DNA of 53,375 nt, the filler included, from Sphacelaria rigidula (taxonomy: Eukaryota): assembly GCA_964200075.2 (NCBI GenBank). It is 4 parts of 4 records of this genome, joined end to end, with 100 filler letters (N's around TTAATTAATTAA, not from the genome) between each part and the next. Parts side by side here need not be neighbours in the genome. Positions count along the whole stretch, not along the records: positions 26,740 to 40,007 come from CAXNAA020003014.1; positions 40,108 to 53,375 come from CAXNAA020003015.1; 2 more parts are not named here. One strand, 5' to 3'. Within the stretch, counting starts at the first letter, position 1; the number at the start of each line of letters is the position of its first letter. The translations under genes were made by a program, and so were the position numbers. Shown one piece after another: positions 39,931 to 51,854 of the stretch. The notes under the pieces are model-generated. The model worked only from the letters and a program-made list of their open reading frames with translations. It made no database searches and was not told where the DNA came from.

Positions 39931-40388
39931 ACCGGTCGCCCCGGTGGCTCAGTTGGTAACCTCGTAACCTTCTGACGGTTGAGTTGGGGGGTTCGATTCC
40001 CGGAGCTNNNNNNNNNNNNNNNNNNNNNNNNNNNNNNNNNNNNNNNNNNNNTTAATTAATTAANNNNNNNNNNNNNNNNNNNNNNNNNNNNNNNNNNNNN
40101 NNNNNNNTTTTCTTTTACCATGCCCAACAGTGGAGAGCGACTATATCGTGCGTACCCAAAATTCGACTTAACGGTCGACGAGGGAAAGGGACTGTTGAAC
40201 ACCTCTCGCGATGAAAAATCAAAAGGCAAGCACCGCAGGAGGAAGGTGGGGTACTAGAAATAAATAAAAATGAAAAAGTGCTCCTGTGCTGACCTTCCTC
40301 CTGTGTGACCCCGGCTGATGCGCCCACATATCTCGAGAGGGGTAGACTGGCGCCCAGAATAAATGGGATGACACACACACACACACAC
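39931..40388 (+). mobile_element. tRNA-derived SINE, near full length, spans assembly gap, (CA)n tail
   Basis: gccccggtggctcagttgg...aacc-ttctgac-ggtt...ggttcgattccc head (CTG in anticodon-like loop), body shared with 5031-5262, ends in (CA)n. Confidence 0.8.
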
Positions 40389-41714
40389 GTGATAATGCCG
40401 TGTGGTGGTACATGATGGCACAGTCTGTATCGCGAGAACGTTGAACAAACAGTGCGCGAGCAGAGTTCAGTAGTGCAGTGCCCCCCCCTCAAGCACAGCG
40501 ACAGCAGACAGAGGAGGGTACAGTAGCATTCGTGAAAGTGATACATATGGCAGCGCAGCGCAGCATAAAATATTACCATCGCCGCGGCCTCAGTACCCAT
40601 TATCCGCTTGTCACACCCCGTGCGAAGCTGCTTCGGCAGCTGGCGCGGGCAGGCACGCCCTCCGCTGTCACGAGACTGTCTTCTGCGGTTGCAAAAATCA
40701 AATCCCTGTTACCCTACCATTGTACGTCAATGCACTTACGTCACCTCAAAAAATCGGAGGGAGTCTCGAAAAATGGGGGAAATCGTTCCGAGATCGTGAC
40801 TCCCTGACTTTCTCGTCCTCGATTTGGTCCAAATCGATGTCCATAAAATGCGTTCCCCAAATTTTTTTTCTCGCGATATTCGAGAAAAGGGGGATTGATG
40901 ATTGCCATGAAAGATAGTTTGAAGAATATGCTCTCGAATATGTCGGAGAGGAAGCTTGTTCTTTTTTCCCGAAAAAATCGACGGTTTCGTGTGAAAAAGC
41001 CCCGTTGGTAATATACCTCTACAGGCTGGTTCACACTTTCGTCCCAAAATCACTCACCCGCCAATAATCACATCGATTCTTGGAGATGCTTCCCAGAAAT
41101 TGCACACGTATACGACAGGGAATTTTAAAACTCTCAAAAGATGGTATTTTTGGATTATTTTCGTCGGTTATAGAGGGTCTTCGGGAGTAAAGTCCGCATT
41201 CGTTAAAAGTTCCGAATGCCTCGAAGTATCTGTTTTCGTAATTTCAGAGTCCGAACCTTCGGAATCGGCGTGAACATTTGGGCTCTCGTGCGATAAACTG
41301 GGCTCGCAAGGTACACAAACCTTTAACTAGTTTGTTTCAGTATAAATCGACTTTTCCACATACGTTTGACGTCAAAACGACCGCAGTGCATCAGATTTCT
41401 TACGCAACACTTGGTACAAATGCGCGTTGGACTACGCCGGGACGCACGAAAGTTCAACTGATTCCGTAACGGCTTCCGGGGGTCTTCACACGGGCATCCA
41501 GTATAGGATGGAAAAGATTAGAAATATTTCCAATACCCCCATTTTTTTCCTTTTGGAACACCAATAACTACCGAACTGCCAAGTCTGAGGATGGTCGTAG
41601 CTTTCCTACGACATATATTAGGATACCCGTCGGGAACCCTTCCGAGTCTGTGGTGTGTATCGTGAGAGGGGAATCCGGCGACGCAAAACACTACATCACG
41701 GATATAGCGTACTT

Positions 41715-41917
41715 GTGCGAATCGTGGCACACCCCTGGACCGAATTTCAAATCTCGATTACTCCACAACAAGAAGAGCAGCAGTTCTGAAAAGGGTGACG
41801 CTGGAAAAATGTCGTCGATAGCTGTCCGAGAACGCGTCGTTTGGTATTGGTACCCTCTTCGTCATGGAGTAATCGAGCGTTGAAATTCGATCCAGGGGGT
41901 ATGCGATGACTCGCACA
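41715..41917. repeat. Imperfect palindrome/foldback inside an AT-rich repeat region
   Basis: ccctggaccgaatttcaaatctcgattactcca / tggagtaatcgagcgttgaaattcgatccaggg. Confidence 0.65.
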
Positions 41918-42891
41918 ATCACGGTACCACGGTTTTGGGTCATAAATGGATCCCATGAAAACTGTTTTCAAATCCGTGTTTTTTCCCGTTGGGTTCTGGA
42001 GCTGATGGCGGGTACGGTAATCGAAACATGGGGAGATGAAGTGAAAATCGGGTTGGAATCCCCAATTTCAAAATTCAGAATATAATTTTTGAAGGGCGCT
42101 GATTGGTCGAGATACCTTTTCGCCCTTTAGCGTCACCACTGTGATCTGAACCCTTTGACGGTGAGCAAAGGTCGTATGTTGGATCAGCATCAAATTCACT
42201 AAAAAAATGGCTGCACGACCAGATGATCCACCTCCGCGGTCTAATGGTTGAGGGAAGATTCGGCTAGGTGCACCCTCTTCAGGTCTTCATGTCGGTCAGT
42301 ATCATACCATGCATGCAACAATTGGGTAGCCATCGTGACAGGCATTGTCATGACGGAAAGTGCTCCCCCAATAATCTTCCGGACGGATCGGGCATTTTTC
42401 CTGATCCCTGAGGAAATGACGGGACTGGACTAGACGGATAGTTATAAGATTTCTCCGGGACGTGACGAATGAGCCTTAATCATTGAGATTTCGTCTATTT
42501 CGGTTCCACTGTCACGGGAGAAATGGAACCTGTCCCGTGAACTCCTGTCGTGTTCTCTAGGCATACATGACACCCCAACCCAACCGCTTTGATACCGGAT
42601 TTTTTGTTGAAAATTTGGTGGCATGGATTGTTCAACGCATGAACAAAAGCAGCCGACAACAGTTCCGACATGAAAATGGCATTGTTGTAACAATGATTCG
42701 ATCGAAGGAGACCAGCAACGATCACTGCTAGCGCGGTAAAGCTTTACCAAGCACCGAAGAAATCAACATACCCACCCAGTCCATGACAAACTGGGATAAT
42801 CCTGGCCGGTGGGTGGACTTGGTGGTTTCAGCAGACGTCTCTCCCGACAGCCGGCGTGGTGGCCATTCTTATCGACAATCACGGTTGATTC

Positions 42892-43040
42892 CACACCCTG
42901 GACAAAATATTACATTGCCAAAGAATGTACTGCGTACAGTATGGGATACATCGTTATTATATTGTCTATTGCTATAGACAATAAAGCCTATACTGTACGC
43001 AGTATGTTTTTTGGCAATGTAACCTATTGTCCAGGGTGTG
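42892..43040. mobile_element. CACACCCTG-TIR MITE with perfect 8-bp TSD (hAT-like), copy 2
   Basis: cacaccctggaca...tgtccagggtgtg flanked on both sides by gttgattc (42884-42891, 43041-43048). Confidence 0.85.
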
Positions 43041-43464
43041 GTTGATTCCGGCACTGTACCATACACGGGCGCCGCTGGCTGAAAAGTGCGAAGAGGGTGC
43101 GAATCTGGCATATGACTGTGTCTGCCGTCGCTACGGTGAAAAACTCTCAACCCATCACCAAACACCACGAAGCCCATGATGAAAAAATTTCAGCCCATCA
43201 CCGAACACCACCCAGTGCCATGTATGCGCTCCCGGAACGGGTCCGGACCAGTACTGCAGCGGATGATGGCATTGATGTGACAGGAAAGTAGTCATTTTCC
43301 ACTGCACAGATCGAGGCCAGTATAGGAGGTGGTGGTTTTGCCAGCTTGTTGATATAACGGTTCGGTACTCACCGCTACACTCGAGTGACTACTGTATTGT
43401 GCTCAATCTTGTCCCGCTGAGATTTGATGGAAAACCCCATCACATTCATGGGATGTCTCGTAAA

Positions 43465-44038
43465 GGCGGGGTGGGACGTCCAGTGACATGACGGGAGATG
43501 GTCAGGGGCGTCGCGTAAAACGGGATAAGAAGGAGAGAAACATGGAGGTGTCGGGGACGGGACGGGTTCTTTTCCCACCGGTTCAAGAATTGACAGGACG
43601 GGACGGCAAGTGCGGCCCTGAAGAAGGACGGACTAGGGACTGCTGCCGAGATAGCCCATCCCCGAACCGGCCAAAAAAGTGCACGGAGGCGATGATCATG
43701 AATGCCGTTAAAGCCGGTTTCGTGCTGCACGACGCGACTTATGTGGGCGCAATAGCTAATTTCGAACTGCTCCACGGCTCTCATGTGGGCGAAATTGCTG
43801 GAAATGAGCCCAATAATGGGATCGCAGCCGATTTGTCGCACCGTATCACGTGCACTTTATGTGGGGGGGCTATCTCGGCATGAGTCTGGGACGGGTGCCT
43901 TCTCTTCGTCTGGACATATTACGGGACGGACCGGGGACGGATACTTTTCCCGCTGTTTGAAATAATGACGGGACGGGATGGTGGTGTGTGACCCTGAAAT
44001 TCGACGGAACTGATTTTCCGGTCCCGTGAAAATTCATG
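43465..44038. mobile_element. Transposon subterminal region rich in GACGG/GGGACGG motifs
   Basis: More than 10 gacgg(g) motifs, ending cccgtgaaaattcatg; similar motifs at 42418-42540; typical of hAT subterminal binding sites. Confidence 0.5.
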
Positions 44039-44229
44039 AAATGAACCAGAGTTTGAATCAGGCTGTGTTCTTGCAAGTTATTGTCGATCGAAGAAGTGTA
44101 GTGGAAAACAAAAATTCCGATTCGATAGGTGTTTTTTTTAGCATAAGTGACTAAATATATTTGATGACCATCCTGACCCATCGGAGCCTGTATATATTTT
44201 TTCCGGTGCACTTTTTTTCGATGGTGAAA

Positions 44230-44800
44230 TAATTCGTCAAGACACGGTCCAGCTTTCGTGGGGGAGGAGGTTGATGCTGTCATGGGTAACTATTTTGTAT
44301 GAAGAAACCCGACTCCATTTCAATTCAAGCAGTGGTGGTGCGAAGTACGGGGCCACAAGACCAACCGCGGTTTTACAGACCCGATTGCTCGAAAGTGATG
44401 GAAAAGTTGAACACTTGTCAAAAATGGTCTCCACGCAATTTTTGCGCGATTCCACATACCTGGCCTGCGCGTACCCGGGTTGCAACGCTAAAAACAAAGT
44501 CTAAGTACACTAAAGTTGAGTAATTTCCAGACGAACCATCAATTGATCCGACCCTTGATTCCTTTGTGGTAGTGAAGATGCACTCTAGCTGCAGCGTCCT
44601 GTTGCCTTTCCCGTATAGGGTGCATGTGCAGCAGGTGATCCAAGCGGCGGGTAGTGTTGCATTGAACGTGTGGTGAGAATATTTGATGCACAGGGCTGCA
44701 AGACCTCTCGCTGTTTGGCAAGCACAAAATTTGTGTTCTACACCCGCGAATTGAGGACGGAGTAAAGGAGCGGCGGCAGAAAAAAACCCGTCTTCCATGA
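44230..44800 (-). pseudogene. Possible decayed hAT transposase N-terminal region
   Basis: Across frameshifts: CNTTRRLDHLLHMHP (BED-finger-like), WFVWKLLNFSVL, FLALQPGYAQARYVESRKNCVETIFDKC (resembles hAT F...L.P.Y..PSR); weak similarity judged by eye. Confidence 0.4.
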
Positions 44801-47800
44801 GTTACAGATGGTTGATCGAAATTCGGCCGTAAAAGTGCTTGAGTATCAAGAAGGTTCGAAATCAAGCAAGGGTGCCTGGCCCATCACCCGCTACATCTGT
44901 AAGCTTTGAGCCACCAACTGGTCAACACGGACACGGTGCCAAACTGCCTGTACCTACACCACACTAGTTGTCTTGATCCACAAGTCATGTGTTTATCGTT
45001 TTCTCACTTGTGGGCACTGTCGCCGTTGTTCAGGCCAGCGTCTCGCGACCTTATTTCTGACTTGAATAAAAAAAGAAGGCAGTGCGCTTCGACTGAAAAC
45101 GTGGCAGCGACGCCGAATGGGGGGTGCCTTGGTCGATGTTAACCCTCACTTCGCTGGAAAATGACTTGAACGTTCGAGTTTTCCCCATTCGGGATATCAA
45201 GACCGGTGGTATATATATATATATATATAATAGCGACCCGAAAAAAGCATGTACGCTGTCGCAAAAAACGGTTTACTCGAACTTCGTGGCCGAATCGAAA
45301 AGTCCGGCTTCCCGATCACGAAATGAAAGTCCCAGCACTTGAATCGATTGGTCCTGACCAATTGATTCGAATTGAGATGAACTTGCGGGCTAATGTTTCC
45401 CCGGTTTGTTTCAGCCGATTCAGGACATGTAAAACCTCATCGAGAGTCGAAAGCTTTGTGCATGGAAAGTCCGATGATAAGTGTACCTTCAAATGCATTT
45501 ATAGTGTCTCATGTGGAGCTTGGACCCATGTTATTTCCGGGGATGAGGAAGTGGCCGTCCCCGGGTGAGTTTTCCATCCTTTTGGCTCCTCACATACGAA
45601 CGGTGGTGCTCCTGACTGTCCTTGGGGCACGAGGTGTTTTGTTGTTGTTTTGACAAAACCTCCCGTGCGTCCTGAAGCATCATGTAGCCTGGTCGCAAAC
45701 AGCCGATAGATAAGTCAGTCAAGCGGCACCCCCCGAGTGGTCCGTCTCGAAACGAATGCGTGGTCAATGGTCACACGGCTAAGGCAAGCAACAAAGTAGT
45801 ACCCCCTCTCCCCCCAGGTGATGATATTTGGAGAAAAGATGCGCACACGGTCGATATGCTTTTTTTCTAACATTTTTTACTGATCCGCTGCGCACTCAGT
45901 CGTGGTCATCGGACAAGAAACCCCACTAAACAAAGGCAGGAGCAATGTAATGCATGTTGTGTACTGTTTGTTGTAACTGTTCTGAATGTAGCATACGTAA
46001 CCGGTAATGGGATATGAAGCCGGTCACCCGCAAATATTGGCTTGAAGCCATTATCCAAAACTTTCATATAACCATTTCAATGATGATGGTCAGTTGTGAC
46101 TGGTACCATTCCCGAGCTCTGACCTCTACAGTATTCGGGTAGTTCAACTGTGACTACGAAAGGCAGCCGTATCAGAGAGGTAACCCGTACAGATTGGAAC
46201 GATTTTCAATCTGAAACTTGAACAACGAACAGCAACGGTCTACAATGTGAAGATAACAGCAGCAACAATATGCCTGTTCGTTAATGTTGTCGCGTACGTC
46301 TTCAACAGTCTTCAAAAGAAGTTACGGGTATACTGAGGCAGCACAGTCTACTGGCGTAGCCGTGGCTACCCACCCGTCATCAAGTATTTTTTTTGGCTAC
46401 GCTTGGCAGGGTGTGTGTCCGTTGGCGCGGTCGCGTATGGCTGAAACGGGATCTTGGGAACAAGAGTGAATGTGAATCCCACCATCATCATTCGTCACTT
46501 GCCCATTCCAACTATCTCGTCACGTCCATCGCGTTGTAGGTTGAAATTTACAAATAATAATCGCTGACCTGGTTATCCGTATCTCCGTGGTGCGATTCAA
46601 AATCATTCATGGCATGCCCGGATCAGAGAGCACCATTTGAGCTTCACTTCGTCCACGTCGTTGCCGTAATGGTCTACGGTATTCACACGGTGACTGCATT
46701 CCGCCTCGTCGATAAGTAGAGTGATGAGAGCAACATCCTTGGCCCCAAGCCGATCCAGGATTCCATCGTGTGCTGTTGGTCGTCCCCATCCCACTCCAAA
46801 TATACCATCGATGCGAATTTTTGGCGCACGGACTTGGTCTTATCACTTCGCATGCGTATGCAACGACACACACACACACACACACACACACTAGCTGCAA
46901 TAAATAAAAACGTACCGCGTAAAGTACAAGCCCATTGCAACTATTTCCGTCATAAAATATATGGTCAATAGTCGCAATAGTCCTATAATTTTTGCATTTT
47001 TTACGCAGTACTATTGCAACTATTGACCATGTGTTGTCCAAGGTGTGAAGTATTGCGGAAAAACAGGAGGAGGGGGGAGGAAGGGGTGTACTCATGATCG
47101 TGCATGCCATTGTCAGAGGGCCATTGACGTTGGCGTCCCTACACAGCCGGGACGGAGCACGCCGGGTTTTGCACCTCAGGGGGTGGGAGGAAAGGGTTGA
47201 TGTTGAATTTGATGGCCGCTCTACGCTTGACTGAGGGAGAATGACTGTCTCACGAATTCGCAGCGAACGAACGAAAGCGGTCGGGTTCTTCATGTGGGGC
47301 AAGGGGTCGAGCCTCACCCTATATGTGATGTCGGTTGCTGACTGAAATGACGGAGATGCGGACTGGGCAATCGAAGCCTGTCCTTGAATCAATCATTATT
47401 GGGTGGAGGGCATGTCGCACGTGAGAAATGACATGTCATGCGGGGCAAGCAGGTGCTGGTAGTGGGTACCGTGGAACTTGTGGGTACCTGGTGTTGAGCG
47501 TAATGCCAATTACCAATTAATTATTTAAATCAATCGACCTGTTGAGTAGAAGGCTCCACCCATGGTATGCCTCACTTTCGGTCTATCAAGTATTTTTCCC
47601 TCCCCCACCCTTTTCCGTTTTTCTTTTCTTTTGTCGGGACCACCAGGCCTTCGCGGGTGAAGGCTACGGTAGACCTTTGTGAAGCAGCCAGCCGGCCCTC
47701 CCAAAGTTTTGGGGCTAAACCACGGGTTAGGAGTGGATGTCTGTCAAGAGGGGGGCACCGGCACCTGCTGTGGTGGGAAGCCACTTCGTGAAGCAGGTGA

Positions 47801-47944
47801 AGAACTTCAAAAAGAGGGAAACATGCGCCAAAAAAACACGCATCAAAGAATCGGAAACGAATTCTTGCAAAGGTCCCCAGGGTCGAACGCTCGGGGTACG
47901 GTTACGGGTGTTTTAGAGTTTTGAGTTTTCGAGTACCCGGTACC

Positions 47945-48372
47945 CTGGGGAAAATGGGAGATCTACTTCCCGAAATAGTCAGAGTCATCATTATTACTGG
48001 TGCTCATACCACTACTGTTACTATTGCTATTGCTACTACTAGTACTAGTACTTCTACCATTACTTGTCCTGCTACTCTCATTACTGCCAGTACGCTGGGG
48101 AATATGGGAGATCGACTTCCCGAAATAGTCAGAGTCATCATTATTACAGGTGCTCATTCCACTACTCTTGCTATTGCTATTGCTATTGCTATTGCTATTG
48201 CTATTGCTACCACTAGTACTAGTACTAGTACTTTCACCATTACTTGTCCTGCTACTCTCATTACTGCCAGTACGCTGGGGAATATGGGAGATCGACTTCC
48301 CGAAATAGTCAGTCATCATTACTGTTGCTCACATCACTACTGTTGCTGTTGCTATTCCTAGTACTTCTACCA
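47945..48372. repeat. Minisatellite with ~160-180-bp units containing variable (GCTATT)n/(ACTAGT)n microsatellites; continues at 50327-50540
   Basis: Constant ggggaatatgggagatcgacttcccgaaatagtcag at ~47947, 48097, 48277 and 50357. Confidence 0.85.
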
Positions 48373-48374
48373 TA

Positions 48375-49761
48375 AGGCGGTGTTTTAACGAAACAGGGAA
48401 AATGATGATCATTTCGTGATGGTGATAGTGACGGTTCACAACTTCATTATCACGAGAAATCACACATCGTTCTTATCGAGTATGCTAGGATGGGAAACAA
48501 GTGACACAGGAACGGTAAAACAGCACGCGAACAAACCAGCGACTTCAAGGAGGGCGGCAATCACGCGCAAGGGGGTATGGGTATTGTCGTAGGTCAAAAC
48601 GCGGACCGCCTTCCGCACGAGAAGGAGCAGCAGCAGTATCAGCAGCATCCTTATTGCCAGTATATGTACGCGGCTGGGGGTGGGTCTTAATCAGCCGGTG
48701 CCGATACTGCTGCTGCTGCCGTTCTTACTCATGAGAGAAACGGTCCGCGTTTCGATCGTACTACAACCCCCACGCACCTCGCACGTGATGGCCAACGTGC
48801 TGGAAAGCGCTGGTCCGTACTGCCGTCGATAGGTATATGCTTGCTCACTAGTCTAAGTGCTGGGAGATATAGCTGCGCGCATCTCTGTGTGCGAGCTGTG
48901 CACGTCGGGTGTGTCTCGCACGCGTGGCTGCTGCTGGTGATGGGAATAAAGCCAGCGTCCAATACAGGGAAAAACAAGTAATATTTACTCGTACTGAAAA
49001 TGCTACTACTGTCTGTATGGGGGTAACAACACGCGAACAGATCGTGGTCTACTTTGAATAATACTGTAGGAGGGAGCAATGACGCGCCAGGTCATGGGTA
49101 TTGCCGCACATCGGAACGCGGACCGCCTTCCGCACGAGAAGCAGCAGCAGCAGTATCTTTATTGCCAGTAAATGTGTACGGCTAGGGGTGGGTCTGAATC
49201 AGCCAGTGCTGATACTGCTGCTGCTGCCGACTGCTGCTCCTGCCATTTTTCCTCATGCGAGAGACGATGTGCGTTTCAATCGTGCTACAACGCCCACACA
49301 CCTTGCGCGTGATAGCCACCATGCCCGAAAGCGCTGGTCCGTACTGCCCGCTGATAAGTCAATGCTCTTTCGCCAGGCTGAGTGCCAGAAGATTCAGCTG
49401 TGTGCATCTCTCTGTGCGAGCTGTACACATCGGGTGTGTCTCGCACGCGTGGCTACTGCTGGTGATGGCGTTCAAATAATATAGCCAGCGTCCAATACAG
49501 GGGAAAACAAGTGAAATGTACTTGTACAGAAATGCTACAACAGTATACTGATACAAAATAAGGGTGGCAACACGCAAACATATCATAATCGATTTCAAGT
49601 GGGGAGGAGAAAATAACGCGCCAGGTGGATGGGTATTGTCGCACGTCGAAACGCGGACCACCTTCCGCACGAGAAGAAGAAGCAGCAGCAGCAGCAGCAG
49701 TGGCATCGTTATTGCCAGTAAATGTGTACGGTTAGGGATGGTTTTGAATCAGCTGGTACCG

Positions 49762-49793
<32 letters not shown>

Positions 49794-50324
49794 ACTCTTC
49801 ATCGTAGACGGTCCGCGTTTCGACCGTGCGACAATACCCACGCACCTTGCGAGTGATGGCCACTGTGCTGGACAGCGCTGGTACGTACTACCCGCCGATG
49901 GGTCCATGCTTGCTTGCTCGGCGAGGTTCTGGGGAAAATAGCTGTGCGCATCTCTCTGGGGGAGCTGTGCACGTGGAGTGTTTCTGTCTCCCACGCGTGG
50001 CTACTGCTGGTGATGGGGTGAACCCAGCGTGGCTACTGCTAGTGAGGGGATCCCAACTGTCTGTCCCATGAAGAGCTCAGCAGCCCACTCCTTCCAACCA
50101 TGCCATGTTACTCTTCGCATTCTCACGCGAATGTCCATCCGCTCTCACGAATATTAATAACCCAAACAGTCATTTTCGTGAGAGGGATTTTCGGGGAGGT
50201 GAGAATGTGGCATCAACTCACAACCAATCGGGATCATGGAAAAAAACGAAAATCCCCAACCGTTATAATCACCATCACTATCACGTCGCGTTCTCACATT
50301 TTTGGACTCGATAAAACCGGCCCT
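48375..50324. mobile_element. ~1.95-kb non-autonomous TIR element (PIF/Harbinger-like) inserted in the minisatellite, carrying three ~520-bp tandem units
   Basis: Imperfect TIRs aggcggtgttttaacga / tcgataaaaccggccct flanked by TA; the minisatellite unit resumes after it; internal units start ~48580, 49097 and 49631. Confidence 0.6.
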
Positions 50325-51159
50325 TATCCTGCTACTCTCATTACTGCCAGTACGCTGGGGAATATGGGAGATCGACTTCCCGAAATAGTCAGTCATCATC
50401 ATTACTGTTGCTAGTGATAGTGCTAGTGCTAGTGCTAGTGCTAGTGCTATTGCTAGTGCTATTGCTAGTGCTATTGCTATTTCTATTTCTATTACTAGTG
50501 CTTTGAACATTACTTTTCCTGCTACTCTCATTACTGTTATGAGTGTTTCTCATTTTTTACGCAAGAGTGTGTGAAGATGGCCCATTTCCCTCTTTCTTGT
50601 TTTCTTCAATGTGATCAAAATGGGCTCGGACAGGCACGCATCCAAGCAGCTTTGACCGTTTCTTTTCCCGCAGTGCTCACAAACAAGGAACTGATCACAA
50701 CCGGCAAAGGGTGTGTTGGAAATAAATAGCTTTCTGATGAATGATGGAAAAACCGTCTTCTGCCCCCCCCCCCCCCGGGAAAAAAAAAAAAGACGGGAAA
50801 AAAAAACGAGCGCGCTCCCTCAACCTAATATAACAAAAAGAAAAACAGCTCATGAATTCTGTCTACAGCACAGTAGCATAGAATAACTGTTTCCAGCGTA
50901 CCGTAAATATTTTCGATCAAGTTCAAGGTAATTTTACCCGACAGCCTGTGCCGGAGACATTTGACCTCCACGACTCCAAGGCTTGGGGTTTGTCTCTCAC
51001 TCGTGATCACACCTACATTTTTCTAACTGGCAGCGGGGAGGAGAGGAGGCTATGCTCCCTTGACAAAATTTGAGAATCCCCCTGGGGGACAGTGCAGCGT
51101 TGCAACTACCAATAGTTCAAGGGCCCCCGACTTTTTGCCCTTCCCTCCCGCCATGTTCC

Positions 51160-51304
51160 AACACCCTGAATGGTGACCGTTCATTGCATTGTCGAAAAGT
51201 GTACTGCGTACAGTGTCGACTATTGCGTCTGTTGCAGCATAGGATAAATTCTGCACTGTGCGCAGTACATTTTTTTGATGGTGTAATCTATTCTCCAGGG
51301 TGTG
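51160..51304. mobile_element. CACACCCTG-TIR MITE, copy 3 (diverged)
   Basis: acaccctg...gtgtactgcgtacagtg...ctccagggtgtg. Confidence 0.7.
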
Positions 51305-51854
51305 ACGTTCTGACAGACCACGCCAGACTGTAATTCGTCAATGATCGGCTAGTGAACGATAACTGAGAGTAGCCTATTGGCGGGGTTACTACTGTATGAG
51401 GGAGCGGGAGCTTGACAGTATTGTTCATCACTTGGCCTATTAGAACCTTTCCGGAATTTTATTACTTGATTTGGGTGCAAACACCGATATTCGGCTCTTC
51501 GGCGGGGCTGACAGACTAACAGCCCCAACTGCCCCTCGCGTGCGCAGAAGGCGTTTTCGTCGAAATCGGCGCCTGCGGCGCCGTCTCGTGGTCTGCCAAC
51601 GCCACACTTTGCCTAGGGAACGCTTCACGCCCCCCTCACCCGAGGGTTCTCGGTATGCGTTGGGTTGGGGTTAGGGTTAGCGTTATTTCAATAAAGATGT
51701 TTCTGAGAAATTTCGTTATTGACCAAGTCGTGAACACACCTCGAGCTGGAAGTAAACGAGGTCAGGTGGTATCTTTTATTTTCACATTTGTTGTTCATCA
51801 TTCTCGTTTTCGTTTTTTGTTCTTCAGTGCCCTGGGGTTTCGGGGCGAAATGCG

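Noticed and set aside
39938-40007. Functional tRNA-Gln(CTG) gene (also 5038-5106 and 13541-13615)
   Set aside because: Cloverleafs are incomplete (short T-arm/acceptor, poor D-stem); the 5038 and 39938 heads are fused to a shared repeat body, as expected for SINE heads.
46603-47392. 261-aa minus-strand ORF and overlapping ORFs
   Set aside because: It runs through a LINE tail, a palindromic repeat fragment and a (CA)n tract; no recognisable domain.
47921-48361. Thr/Ile/Ala- or Ser/Asn-rich repetitive ORFs
   Set aside because: Translation of hexamer microsatellites in a minisatellite; no splice or domain support.
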